DNA of 63,847 nucleotides, the filler included, from Rhabdomonas costata (Eukaryota): NCBI GenBank assembly GCA_019059605.1. It is 40 parts of 40 records of this genome, joined end to end, with 100 filler letters (N's around TTAATTAATTAA, not from the genome) between each part and the next. Parts side by side here need not be neighbours in the genome. Positions count along the whole stretch, not along the records: positions 49,563 to 51,060 come from JAHMHO010014443.1; positions 51,161 to 52,659 come from JAHMHO010014444.1; positions 52,760 to 54,256 come from JAHMHO010014445.1; positions 54,357 to 55,854 come from JAHMHO010014446.1; positions 55,955 to 57,456 come from JAHMHO010014447.1; positions 57,557 to 59,054 come from JAHMHO010014448.1; positions 59,155 to 60,652 come from JAHMHO010014449.1; positions 60,753 to 62,250 come from JAHMHO010014450.1; 32 more parts are not named here. One strand, given 5' to 3'. Of this stretch, positions 49,650 through 62,588 are shown one piece after another. Numbering within the stretch: the stretch's first letter is position 1; every line of letters starts with the position of its first letter. The translations under genes were made by a program, and so were the position numbers. A model generated the notes under the pieces. It was not told the DNA's origin. It was given only the letters and a program-made list of their open reading frames with translations, and ran no database searches.

Positions 49650-51060
49650 ATGGTTTTACTGCCCTTGGACACTAGTAGACACATTTTGTCATTCTTCCAT
49701 TCGCACGAGTGCTGTCTTGTTTCCTCACGGTGGTGCAGTTTGATTCATCTACGTGGAATATTACTTCCACAAGGAAGCTGGAATGGCGATATCCTCAAGA
49801 GATTTCCAGAAGATGCTTGCATTATTCGTGGAAACTTTTCTGCATTCGGCGAATCTATTCAGAGAAATCAGCTGAAGTTGCTGCAAAGGCTGTGCGTGTG
49901 TGTTTCTCTACGTAAGCTGAGCGTTCAGATAGAGATCAACATGCAAAGCGCCAAAACCATATGTGTCCTGCGTGAACTTCCTGCTTTGCGACATCTGAGC
50001 CTTTCACTCAGGATTCCTGGACGTCAAACTATCAAACCATGGGAGACGCAGTGCACTTCCTTTCTACGGGCTCTGGAGACTCCAGCTCTTCAACAACTGT
50101 CACTTGTGCTCAATTCCTGCGATCGCGCTGTATGTTTTTATTGTTCGTTTGAAATAAAACTAAAATTCTATCAGTCACACTTGTGTTTCACAAAATGCTC
50201 TTTCACATTAAAAACCGTTCTACACAGGTGTCATTTGTGTTGCCTATTTTTCTTTTTGCACGCTGCAGGATCTGGTCAACATTTTTTCTGGAGTGTTTGC
50301 TGAAGCTCTTCAGCGGTGCAAATCACTCAAGCAACTTTACCTTGATGGCTTTGATAAGCTGACGGAGGACAACATGAAAAACATCTTGAAGATCGTGATG
50401 GACAAGAAAATTCATCGCCTCGAACTGCCAAACTTCAATTTGGCACTGCTGCGTGACGGGAAAATTGCAACAATGCACGACAGCATCCAGCACGTGTTCT
50501 ACGTCCTTGGATTCTACGACAAAACAATGGCGCAGCTTGGTATTGCACCACCATTTTTGCGGTCTGATGATATTACTGCAATGGCATCGTGGGCTTCGTT
50601 GACCTCGCTGGACCTGGAGATCAGAGAGCAGCCTGATTATGCGGCGCTCACCTCGTCCTTGATGGCTCTGACCAACTTGACCGTGCTTCATCTCAATCAG
50701 TGCTACTCAGCTCTTAACCCAGCGCTTACTGCTTCTCAAGTTCAGAGCCTCGCGGAGCTGCACTTCCACAAGACGTTAACCAGCTTTGAGATTGTGGTGA
50801 AGTCCAATTATGGAGACAACGAGGCCACCATTCTCTCCACCCTGGACGTAGCCCGCAACATGACGTTCATCTTCTCCTCACACAAGATGACCGATAGGGC
50901 GCTTCTCGGATTCATCAAGCTCTGGGAAGCAGGCACTAAGCTGCGGAAGCTCTCAGTGAAGATGCAAAGCATGGTCACGGACGTTCGTGATCTAAGCTGC
51001 TTCTTGCGTCTTCACCCTCCTCCAACAAACTCCACGTTTTGCATCTTTCTCAACACCACC
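49650..51060 (+). CDS. F-box-like/LRR protein, exons 49650-50129 and 50269-contig end
   Basis: N-terminal LPLDTSRHILSF...LVSSRW, then LRKLSV, LRHLSL, LKQLYL, LTSLDL; a GT-AG intron joins the two ORFs in frame. Confidence 0.85.
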
Positions 51061-54000
51061 NNNNNNNNNNNNNNNNNNNNNNNNNNNNNNNNNNNNNNNN
51101 NNNNTTAATTAATTAANNNNNNNNNNNNNNNNNNNNNNNNNNNNNNNNNNNNNNNNNNNNTGTTGTGGTGGTGGAAACGTTGGTAAGAATCCGAGGGACG
51201 CTGTGCTGCTCCATGAAAATGGAAGCACTGAAGCGGCCAACAAAGGGTGTCACACGTGGCCGAATGACAAAAAACACTCTCACGTCCTTTTCCTGCAACG
51301 TAATTTGCACTGGGAACCATCGCCAGTTCATGTTGACTGCAATTCATATATTGGCAAGCAACTTGCCATCTGTAGCCGCAAAACACCGAGCGAACAGCAA
51401 GCGTAGATGCGCACATTCTCTGCCCCCGTCACCACATAGAAATCAGTGAGGTTAGGGAGTCTCCGCATGGGAGTGTGACAACACCTGCTGGCGTTGACAC
51501 ACGCGTGGAAAACCGCTCTTTCGAGACAGATGTGCCCTTTGAGGGTGCCCTATGTGGTGAAAGGGAGGGCCTTGGTGAAGGGTCTCAGGGAATCATGAAC
51601 AAGACTATCCACCAATCAGTTCCCACACACCAACTTGCAAGGTTGCTGGCAAAATGGTACAGAGCGCAGAGCGGAGGAAAACAATACAACACCGGCAAGG
51701 GAACCTGAAGACCCAGCAATGGCGCGACAGACCTCCGATTTCCAGCACAACAGAGATTTGCATGGGTTCCACTGCGCAGACAAACCGAAGAATAAAATGG
51801 GTGCCTGCAAACAGGAGGACAGGGAGATAACCCCGCCCACCACGGGCGTGTTCCACACACAACGTTGGCACAAAGACAGAAGTTCGTTTTGAGGGTTTGT
51901 CTCCAGCCCTTTGCACGCATACACAGATGTCACACGCACACACACAGCACTGCACATCACAGGCATAAAAACGCTCCGGCAGACCGGCTCACTACGGCAG
52001 CTCCCGAGTTTTTTTGTGAGCATCTCCAGGAAGCTGCGGCCAGTCTAGCTAGAGTGGCACCATCGTGAGGAAACCAGGCGGCTGTCAGGTCGCCCCACAG
52101 GTTGGGCGAACAAAGGGACGGCATTAAAGATTTTGAGCACCAAAAGATTCTGGCAATTTAAGCTGAGGCAAGGCACGAGAATGATGGAAGCAAACAAAGA
52201 AATGCAGAAAAAAAAGACAGGGCAGCAACAGGGCGTTGAAGCCCCGTGACAGAAAAGCAATTGAATTCAACAACAACGCATTTCACATAAAGCACAGGTT
52301 AAAAACCCCCTAAACAGGAGGTCGAGGCAAGGAGAACGCCAGACAAGCAGACAGGCAGGGAAACTGACACACACACACACACACACACACACAGAAGCAC
52401 AGACACCCACACCTTCAAGCCTAAAAGTTATGAAGAAAAAAGCCGACCTTTGGTCTGACCCCCCCCCCCATCTAGGGTTCCTGCACTCACGTCATTCTAT
52501 TCAGAAAAGGAGTAATTTGGTCGTGGGTGGAGAATATCCACGCGCTTTCCGGTCCGCACTACGGGCTCCTTCTTCCCGCTCGAGGAGGAGGAAGACGGCC
52601 CATCCTCCTCCACAGAGACCGTAGTGCGGACCGGAAAGCGCGTGGATATTCTCCACCCCNNNNNNNNNNNNNNNNNNNNNNNNNNNNNNNNNNNNNNNNN
52701 NNNTTAATTAATTAANNNNNNNNNNNNNNNNNNNNNNNNNNNNNNNNNNNNNNNNNNNNTTTTGTGTGGTGGTTTGAAACTCTTGATGGCATTTTCGGCG
52801 TGGTCTGCCCCGGCTTGCGACGTTCTCGTGCTTGTGCGGGTAAGTGGCCGCATCATCCCTCATTTTCCTCACACGCACATACACACACACAGGCAAAGCG
52901 AAAGACTCCTCCTGCCTCATCCCCAACCCCTGCCCTTCCTCTCCTTTTTTTTTCAAACACGTGCACATTGGTATCTCGTCGATCAGTGAGCCCGTCCGCG
53001 ACACCGGTGGTCAGCCGGCTCCGGATAACAGGTGGAATGTAGAACTCTGTCTCTCCTACAAGCACACACAAGCACAGCATAGAAACAGTACCCCGAGAAC
53101 CGGGTGTCCATTTTGTGCCTCCGCTCCCTCCCACCCCTCCGGGCGTTGAATTTTTTCCTCCATTTTTGGCAGCCGAGCTTGTGCTTTTTTCTTGAGCTGC
53201 TGGAGAGGTCTGCTTTCTTCCCTGCGATGCTCCTCGGGTTCCTGCCCACACCGCCCCTTTTTGTGGCCTTTTGTGTGTTGATACTCTCCGTTTTGATGCA
53301 ATGCGGTTTTTTCGTCAGGTTTTGAACGGTGAGGTGAACTCACGCGAGCAATCCAGTGTTTGCGCCGAAGCACTTCTTGCCTGGCAGCGTGGTGCGCTGG
53401 CGGTGCTTGACCCCACATCCCACACCCCACATCCCATACCACAACCTGACGTGTGGTATGGCGACCCTCCCAAATACCTTCCAAATTTCCCCGGAGAGCT
53501 TTGCACACAAACAGAGACAAGCGTTTTGCTGGGTGCGGGGGGCTGCAATCAAACTGAATTCATTTTTTCTGACTTGCCAAGCTAATTACATCGCACAAAC
53601 ATACACAAACACGAACAAACAGACACAACTGTCCCTAAGTCAAAGAATAAATAGCCACAAATAGCGCAAAATGGCCCGGAAGATGACCTATAGGGCTTTT
53701 AGAAGCCCTAACGTTGCGGTTTTCTGGTACAAGGCTCTATCCTTCGCTCTATCGTTTCTTATCTATTCTCTCCATTTATTCTTGTCTCTATCGGCTGAGT
53801 GCATAGTCTCAGTGTGTAGCCCTGCAAAAGTGTCCTGTGCGTAGAGCTGCCAGAGGCTGGGAACAGGGCTGGTCGTTTTTAGCGATTGTAAACAGAAACG
53901 TGAATTTTTGGCCCCTAATTTTTTTTGAAGAAACAGTGAAAAAGTCGTCGACTTTCGTCCTCAGGGCTCGCAGGGTTAAATCGTGATATTTTTTTTGGAA

Positions 54001-56781
54001 AAATTTATTTTAAATATCATTGATGAAATCAATGTCAAACACAAGAAACAAACGTAAACTTTGGGATGGGGGTGGGGTGGGCGAAAAATATTTAAATGTA
54101 TTTTAAGCGGTGGCATATGGCATGCATTTGATCCAAATGATGTAGTTGCATCTCTGCACTTCCGGGGGAAACTTACTCCGATTGATCAAGTTGCAGAGGC
54201 CAGAGAACGATATATGGGTCCACCTGGCAGACCCCCCCCCTGGAACAACAACCTCCNNNNNNNNNNNNNNNNNNNNNNNNNNNNNNNNNNNNNNNNNNNN
54301 TTAATTAATTAANNNNNNNNNNNNNNNNNNNNNNNNNNNNNNNNNNNNNNNNNNNNTTTTGGGTGTCAGAAATGGACCCAGCCAAAGCGTGATGGGTTTC
54401 TGTTATCGCTGTTCTGATGGTTCTGCCAGGTGGGCCTATCTAGTCTCTTCAGCCTTTTCAGTCTGCATACTGAGCCTAGGTTTTCGGCCGCTCCTGCTTA
54501 GCATGCACAAGGGCAGAGCCCAGGAGTACTTCAAGCTGGCACCGTAGTGGGCCGGAATTCGTTTTAGAGTGATTTAAGGGCCATTTTGGGGTAATTTTGG
54601 GCCCTTTTTACACAGGCTTGGAAAAACCTTTTGTTTTTGCACTGGCTTTACGTCGGGCTTGGGGTTTGATAAGAGAAAGAACTGTAGGCTGGCACACCGT
54701 CTGCCCACCTGCACGCCAGTGTGCCAGGTGCCAGAAACAGGATTTTTCCTTTTTGTATCTAGGGATATGCATATTGCGAGTTTTACTTTACATTTTGGTT
54801 GCTTGCGTCTTGTGATGGGGCTTCAGCTTCGTCCTGCGCCACATTGACCTCCTGCCCCAAAAAGAAGATGCTGCGCCCCAACCCCAGCTCAGCTTTCTGC
54901 CGGGCCTTTCTCTGCACAGTTGAGGAGTGCTGCGTCCCATGTATGCGTGGTAGGGGGCGGGGTTGGGATACGGGCTCAGGTTGGTGTGAGCACATATCAA
55001 GCCCGTGGTGTTCCAGCGCTGAATGTTGAAGATTTTAAGGTGGTGGCACAGCGATGTCAAAATTAACCCGGTCAAGGATACCAAGCGGAAAAAACGGACC
55101 AATGAAGACGACCAGGCACAGGGATACCATACCGTCTTCTTTGGTGTGAAGCAGATTTTTTTTCGAGAGACCTTAGTTAGATTGAATGTGACCTGCTCTT
55201 TTTCTGGCTGCTTTGCATGGCTCAAGCCGTGCAGTGGTTCAATTAAATAGATTGTATGTGGTAGTGGTGGTTCTCCCCTTGATTACTCGTGGCGAAGCTC
55301 CAGGACTTGCCCGCTGCACTCTACGGCCCAAAATCAAAGTTTTTTCGCAGGGTCGCTGCATGGCCTGCACAGCTATCTTTCGGCTTTAGACGGGCAACAG
55401 CGCACCCCCACCGCGAAAAAAGCACAGTGCAGCCTCAGGGCCGCAAAGGAGCAGCGCGAGTTGCTGTTAGAATAAAGTAGCTTTGTGACAAAGGCACAGT
55501 TCCCGTGGGGCAGAAGGAAGGGTACCGCTTACAAGCCGGTATCCCACGGCGTCATTCACTCCAAAGGTATACCTATCGCGAGGGTGCCCGCGGAAAACTG
55601 CGCGTGCGTCCGTCTGTCCACATCAGTCACCAAAACTCAATCAGGCATTCAGCCAGCATCCGATATACAAACAACCATACGCCTGTCCGCAAAACCCGGA
55701 GACGGCATCTCACATCTCCCCCCCTCTCCCCCTGCTCCCTCTCCTTTCAACTCGCCGGTTGTTGTTCTCACATTAGGGCCGGTGTGCTTTTTTAGGTGTC
55801 TGGTAGGTGCTTTGAATTACTTCCTTGCTGTGTTTTTGCGCTGTGGCCAAGTGCNNNNNNNNNNNNNNNNNNNNNNNNNNNNNNNNNNNNNNNNNNNNTT
55901 AATTAATTAANNNNNNNNNNNNNNNNNNNNNNNNNNNNNNNNNNNNNNNNNNNNGGGGGGTGTTCAAGAACCCAAGGGTTCACCATCTCGTCCTTGTCCT
56001 CGTTGGTGAACCCTTGGGTTCTTGAACGTTCCCCTTCTGCTCACTCCAGGGCCATCTCATTCTTGCCCTTGCTGTTGATCTCTTTGTAGTTTCCCCTCTG
56101 CAATGCTCTCCTTCTCTGTCTCCATCCTCCATGGGCCATCTCGTCCTCTTCCTCGATGGTGACTGTCTGGACTCTCTGGCTTTCTCCCTGTGCCCTCTCT
56201 CTCTCTGCCTCGCTTCCTCAATGTCCATCTCGTCCCCGTCCTGGTCGGTGTTCCAGTGGGCTTTGTCATTCTCCTTCTGTTCTCTCACTCACACACACAC
56301 TCTTTCTCTCACTGCTTCGCTTCCTCCATGGCCATCTCATCCTCGTCCTCCCTCTTTTTTTCTGCTTTTTTGGAGGGTATGGCCCTCTTTTTTTTGTGTG
56401 TGGGGTTATTTACATTTTTTCCTGCGCCATGTTCCGGACCGCAACCGCTTCCCATTGCGAAGCGAACAATCTCACACCTGGAGTCAGTTCCACCGCTGTG
56501 GAGTGCCCATCCATATGTGCTACCTCGACTTCCCAAGCTTTTCCTTGCTCAGTCACCAACTGACATCCCAGGCATTTTGCTTTCTCAACTCGCAGACCCG
56601 CTTACGGTGTTATAATCCAGCATGCCCCTGGGCGGTTGAGGCTCAAGTAGATGTTCAAGTCTCCACACGCTCCTCGCACCCGTGCGTCCTCTTGTCTTAT
56701 CATTTGGGGATCTGTTCCATACCGCTTGGCCAGCGAGACCACCTTGAACAGACCACACATTCCGGTGGGTTCCGGACGTAC

Positions 56782-57050
56782 GGGCCCTCAGCGGGATGCC
56801 CCGGTTGTTCCCCTCCACGCCCCACTCCCAGGCTCACGTCATACGCCCGCCGGGCTTTCGGATCCAGCAGAGTTTCTTGCGCCTTACGGAGCATCTGAAA
56901 AAGGGCTGTTGCCTTCGAGGTTTCTGATGGGAATTTGTCCGGGTGGCATTCCAGCGCCAGGCGCCTATAAGCTGCCCTTATCGCTGTTGACGAGGCCTTA
57001 TCATTCACTCCCAGCGCTTCATAGAAGGACTTCTCCAGTGCTTCTTCCAT
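56782..57050 (-). CDS. DnaJ (J-domain) protein, first exon
   Basis: FYEALGV..AS..AIRAAYRRLALECHPDK...FQMLRKAQETLLDPKARRAYD. Confidence 0.95.
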
Positions 57051-57193
57051 TCGCTGAAGTTTACGCCTCCTGCTGCCGTGCTTCCGCATTCCTCCATTCC
57101 ATAACACTTTGTGTGTCGCATTCTGACACAGCTTTAGTTCTGCGACTTCTCCTCTCCACGAGAGAGAGATCTCCCACGTCCAACTAGGGACTG

Positions 57194-57229
<36 letters not shown>

Positions 57230-57638
57230 GCAAATCTTCGGAGATAATGGTCACGGTGTGACAACACACTTCCTAACTTTACACCACGACACTGTATCAC
57301 CTTTTCCAAACGCTCGGTAAGCTCAGTTGTACATTGGTTGAGGGGTGCTCTTGCTCTTTCGAACTGCGTGAAGCCCTTGCCAGCGACATTACAGCATGCA
57401 GTAGGTCTTTGCATTCGGGTTCACGCAGTTCGAAAGAGCAAGAGCACCCCACAAAANNNNNNNNNNNNNNNNNNNNNNNNNNNNNNNNNNNNNNNNNNNN
57501 TTAATTAATTAANNNNNNNNNNNNNNNNNNNNNNNNNNNNNNNNNNNNNNNNNNNNTTTGTGTGGTGGCAGGCTGGGTTGACACACCCACCAATGAAGTG
57601 ATCAATTTCGGCACATTGAGTCGCACGCGTATGCACAG

Positions 57639-59018
57639 GGGGGATCCTGTTGGCCATCCTGGCCTCGATCCTGTGCGCCGGGGTGACCCTGGTCGTGGGA
57701 TGGACGGTGGCCCGGCCCTGGGCCCGGCTGACCGCGCTGCGGCATGACATGGTCTCCAGGCTGGCAGAGAAGGTCCGGTTTCCTTGCGGAAATCTCGGTT
57801 CTTCTGGTGCGGAATACAATGGGTGGAAAGACGCCTTTTAGAGTCTCTGGGAGTGGTTGGGATGGAGGAAGACAGGGTGGGCAGTGATGCGTGTAAGCAA
57901 GTGCTGGTGTGAGAGGTGGGGAAATTATCAGTTTGGATTCACACACCCTCGCGCGAAAACATGCCGCGTGCGCGTGCTGTGTTGTCGGATGCCGACGCAC
58001 CCACTGCCTCCCTCCTGCGCGCCTCTGAGTCATCCCGCACCCAACCTCTCATATGAGGTGTTTGCTCAAATGGAAATTCGCACTAGAACCTTAAAGTCCA
58101 CAGACTTAGTGCAAGACAGAGCAAGTCTGGCTCCTGGCTTTCAGCTGCACCCTTCGCAAATTTGTGCAGAAGGTGTGTTCTAAACCCCTGAAGAACAGCT
58201 GTATCCTCCTGTACATGGTTCTGTTTTCAGCTTCCTGTCCTCTTCCTCAATCACAACACGAAATCCTTGCCGTGCTCGTGTGGCTTACTCATGGATCCGT
58301 TGCATTTTTCTGGGGGAGGGGAGGTATTAAATGGTTTCCCCTTTGCCCGCCAATCTAAGCCCACCAAGCAACATTGTCTTGCAGAAGCGCATTTTTCTTT
58401 CTGCATCCCATGCGTCCCCACCCTTCCATCCAAGGCCTTTGCACCCCCTTTGCGCTAGTATGCGCGACGGCTCGCAGCTGTTCACCTGGTGCTTTTTGGG
58501 CGCATGACCACGAGAAATTCCCCACTCCCCCCAGACAGGGTTCCCGCTTCACCACCCGGGCGGCAGTGCTGGCCTTCACCACTATAGTAACTCTCTCACT
58601 TTTATACTTTTATATGTCATCTCCTGGGAACCGTTCATTGCCCTTCCCGGGCAAAGTCACCGTTCGCCCTTCAACACACCGACTCGCCCAGGAAAGGTAC
58701 CCCAATACAAAAACCTTTTAACAACGTTAAACAAGTTAATGTCGTTTTGCGGTTTAACACCCACACAAAAAAAACAAATGAATTGAAACGTTAACTCATT
58801 CTCATCGTCGATAGGACCGGGTCAACGCCGTGATCAGCACCTTCGTGCCCCACGAGTGCCTGGCGCTGATGGGGGTGTCCACGCTGCGCGGGTTGCCCCT
58901 CGGGGCATGCGCACTGCGCCGCGGCACGGTGCTTGCCGCGGAGATCCGCAACTTTGCCGCCCTCTCCGAGAGAATGGCCCCGCACCAAAACTTCCAGTTC
59001 CTGAATCTCTGGCTGCAG
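57639..59018 (+). CDS. Membrane-anchored class III adenylate/guanylate cyclase-like protein, exons 57639-57772 and 58815-59018
   Basis: TM helix + VARPW..L..., then STFVPHECLALMG...LG...TVLAAEIRNFAALSERMAPHQNFQFLNLWL. Confidence 0.85.
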
Positions 59019-60074
59019 GCCCTGCCCTCCCCTACCTCTCCCATATCCCCGCCCNNNNNNNNNNNNNNNNNNNNNNNNNNNNNNNNNNNNNNNNNNNNTT
59101 AATTAATTAANNNNNNNNNNNNNNNNNNNNNNNNNNNNNNNNNNNNNNNNNNNNGGTGTGGTGTTTGCCCCCCTGATTTCGTATACCAAACCGGGAATTA
59201 ATGCGGATTGCTCGAGAAGCATCGGAAACATTATTTTGCATGCGTTCATCTTACCCTCGCGCTGCAGAGAGACAACGAGCTTCGCAACAAGTTGGAGCCC
59301 ACCGTTTCCTTGACGGGACCTGCGGTATCGCGTGTACGCGTGAGCAAAGATATATTTTTTTGTTGTAATTGCAAAAAAAGAATTGTGAAGATTTCAAGAG
59401 TATTGTCAAAATCGCTGGCGTGACACACGTGGAGCCTGATTTCTGAGGTGCTATTTAGTTTAGCTTCGAGGGCGAGGCGCATCGCGTTGCGACCGGTGGC
59501 GGAGTATGTGCGGGTGAGGGAAAAGTATCGCAGCCATTTATTTTCACACGCACGCATTTTTGTGAACGGGCACCACTTATGTCGGGCGCCCCACTGTCCG
59601 CATGACCTCGAGTATTGGCTTTGCGGAGGAAAGAATGGTGACACCTGCCTTTTCCCAGATCCTGGTGATTACCCTGGCGATCTCCTTCGTTGCAGCGGCG
59701 GTGGTTCAGAGGCTGTACCCCGTCCCTCCGACGAGGGTGGCGCAGAAAATGCACATGAAAAACCCATTTACTCACTGAGAGCCCACGCCCCAGCCTGTGG
59801 AGAGACCGAGACTCCTTTCCCGCTTCCTCGCGTAGCCTGTGTTGGTACAGTAGTATTTTCTCTTTTGCAACAATCGAACCTGTCTCGCGGAAGCCGTGAG
59901 GTTGGCGCACTGCCTTTTACTTGACAGGAAGAGGTGAAGTTGGGGTAATGCTAATCCTAATTGCTGCTGGACGCGCTCTCGTACAAATAACAGCCGTGGT
60001 CCAAGGATGCGAATTTGAAAGGCCGTTTTATATGCGCAATCGTTGCGGTGGGTTCATAAGTACAAACTTGTGTT

Positions 60075-60147
60075 CAGCACATAAACGTCGTCGTATACGG
60101 CTTCCTGAGTTTGCAGCACATAAACATCGTGGTATACGGCTTCCTGA
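60075..60147. repeat. Two copies of a 39-bp unit
   Basis: CAGCACATAAACRTCGTSGTATACGGCTTCCTGA at 60075 and 60114. Confidence 0.9.
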
Positions 60148-62375
60148 ATGTGAGTGGAATGGTTGGTTGACCGCTGCGATGCTGTGGAAGAGGACATCAG
60201 GGTTCCGAACGGTTGCGCATCCAAGCGTGATATGTCGCCGCGCCAGCCCTGTCCTATATTGCAGGGTTTCTTACCCACTGCGGAGCCCCAGTTACTTCCT
60301 GATTTGCGATGCAAATCAGGTTGCTATCCTGTTGCTGTGAAGCGTAAGGAAACCGTGCCCTGATACCCCAAACAGCATTTCAATAACACAAATGCATAAA
60401 TGTGAGGAATAAGCGAACGAGAGCGACACTCGGGAAACTAATATCGATCCAAAATGGAACATGCACTGTTGGAGGTGGGGGGGGGGGGGGGGGGGGCAGT
60501 AGACGTCAAACAAGTTGCACTCAAGCGAAAATTCTGTTGTTTTCCTTCTGCTACGGGAGTCCGATCGCCATCCAATCCCCTGCAAATTTGTATTGTGGTC
60601 TCAAACAGCCACCCTTCAGTGGCACCTGAACAGTTCACCACGAAAAAAACAANNNNNNNNNNNNNNNNNNNNNNNNNNNNNNNNNNNNNNNNNNNNTTAA
60701 TTAATTAANNNNNNNNNNNNNNNNNNNNNNNNNNNNNNNNNNNNNNNNNNNNGGGGGGTGGTGGGTGAAAGCCTGCGACGGTGAGAAGCTGCAGAAGTTC
60801 AGAGGGCGACGGTTCACAGGGCGGAGCTTGTCTGCCTGCCTGTTCATCTTCCATGGTGTGCTCGTACTATTGCGAACTTTTTTGGAGAACAAAAAAATTC
60901 CAAAAATGAAATGACACTTCAAGCTGCGGAGCGAGAGACAGAAAGTAAGGACATTTGGAAGCACGATCAATTGAGATGGGAACCCTTTGAATCACCGATT
61001 AAGTAACGGTTTTTCCCTGAATGGGCTTTGGTGATTTATATTTGGCTTAGAGCGGTGCATATCCATAACGTGCTTTTCGAATAAAATGTCTTTGACTTCA
61101 TTTTCGATACAGACATTCATCGGTATCCTGTCATGTTTCTCTCTCGAAAGAAAAATACCGGAGGTGTAACAGAAAAGCAAAACCTTCCATCTCCGCAGAC
61201 GTATTCATCGCACGGGCACATAAACACACGCACACACTGGTGTCACTGCGAAAAATCTAAAGCACTACATGCAATGCCCAGTATCATACCAGGCTTGAGA
61301 TGACCCTCATCTTTTTATCAACACATGGACACACCCGCACATCCCCTACAACTCTACAACAAACACGTGCACTCATCTATAATTGTCGTCTAACGATGTT
61401 GTATAAAAGAAATTCTCCTGCAATTTCCGAGCAAGAAATACAGAGGATAGGAAGAAGAGAAGCAATCAAATCCGACGAAGTGGGCAAGCGAATAGAGTAA
61501 GTTCAGTATAGTACACCACATAAAAAGGCAGGAAAATGACACCACTAATTGTGCCTCAGCAAAACCTGCTTTATGCACATTGCCTCTGGCTTTTGAGAAA
61601 TCCTCGGAGCCGTGGATGCACGCTGTTACTGTGCATTGCGAACACCAGCTGAGCCACCTGAGACATGAATGTGAAGCACACGAGGAAAAGAGCTTTTTCT
61701 CTATCATTTATACTCAGAACAAACAGCGATTTTCAGAAGTCTTACGGCCACGAGAAAAAAAGGAAGGTCAGGGGATACCATTTGAAGAAACCCTCGAATG
61801 AGGCACATTCTGCAAGGGAGAGGTATCGTCAGCATGATCATCACGAAAAAGAACTCGGCGACGCTTGATCGCCTGCTGGTAAACCAAGCTGGACACACAC
61901 ACAACACACACACAAGTTTAGCAGCATCGTCAGTCACCCTCGTGGAAAAAGGTTACGCAGAAAAAAGAAGAATCATACAGACGGCCGAGAATTCTGCCAT
62001 GGACTCCCGCTGGTCAGTGGGTCGAAGCGCGACGGAGTGCGACAAGAGTACACGTGCTGCTGCACTCCCACATCCATCCATCCATCCATCCATCCATCCA
62101 TCCACTGGACACGCCCCCTTGAAGGTACTCTCTAGTGAGGTTGCTGACTTGAGAAGAACAAAATACCACAGGTACAAATGTCCCTGTGGTATTTCCCGAA
62201 CAAAGGAGAGGGCAGGGCCAAACACACAAAAAAACCCAAACACACCAACANNNNNNNNNNNNNNNNNNNNNNNNNNNNNNNNNNNNNNNNNNNNTTAATT
62301 AATTAANNNNNNNNNNNNNNNNNNNNNNNNNNNNNNNNNNNNNNNNNNNNTTCCGCCTCAGCTTTTCTTGTCGAG

Positions 62376-62588
62376 CTAGAAATGCAACTCCAACTCCAAG
62401 GAGTCGACCTGGTCTGCCTTCTGTCCGTCTGGGAATGTGGGGTGTTCGGCAGCAGAGAGCGAGAAATATCTGCAATCCCACGTATCGTCTCTTTCCCCAT
62501 TCATGTACGAGGTAACAAACCTGGCGCTTTCGACGAGCACTGCCGGGTTGTCCCCAGAGCTCAACAACGAAATCACGCTGGTGGCAAG
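62376..62588 (-). CDS. Hypothetical terminal exon
   Basis: Pyrimidine tract-CTGCAG acceptor, then an open frame to TAG (…DQVDSLELELHF*). Confidence 0.4.
   Translation of the reverse strand, partial: LATSVISLLSSGDNPAVLVESARFVTSYMNGERDDTWDCRYFSLSAAEHPTFPDGQKADQVDSLELELHF

Noticed and set aside
52525-52658. Terminal hairpins as pre-miRNAs, terminators or TIRs
   Set aside because: Perfect identity running to the contig end, repeated in several contigs, fits fold-back artefacts.
53960-53980. piggyBac-like end (…GCAGGG-TTAA)
   Set aside because: No matching opposite TIR or transposase in the contig.
5123-59018. Non-conventional (euglenid-type) introns
   Set aside because: Every intron I could fix by protein homology is GT-AG or GC-AG; none required non-canonical ends.
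1502-62350. Regularly spaced TTAATTAATTAA as a CRISPR-like or regulatory repeat
   Set aside because: Always embedded in fixed N padding; it is a six-frame-stop scaffold linker.
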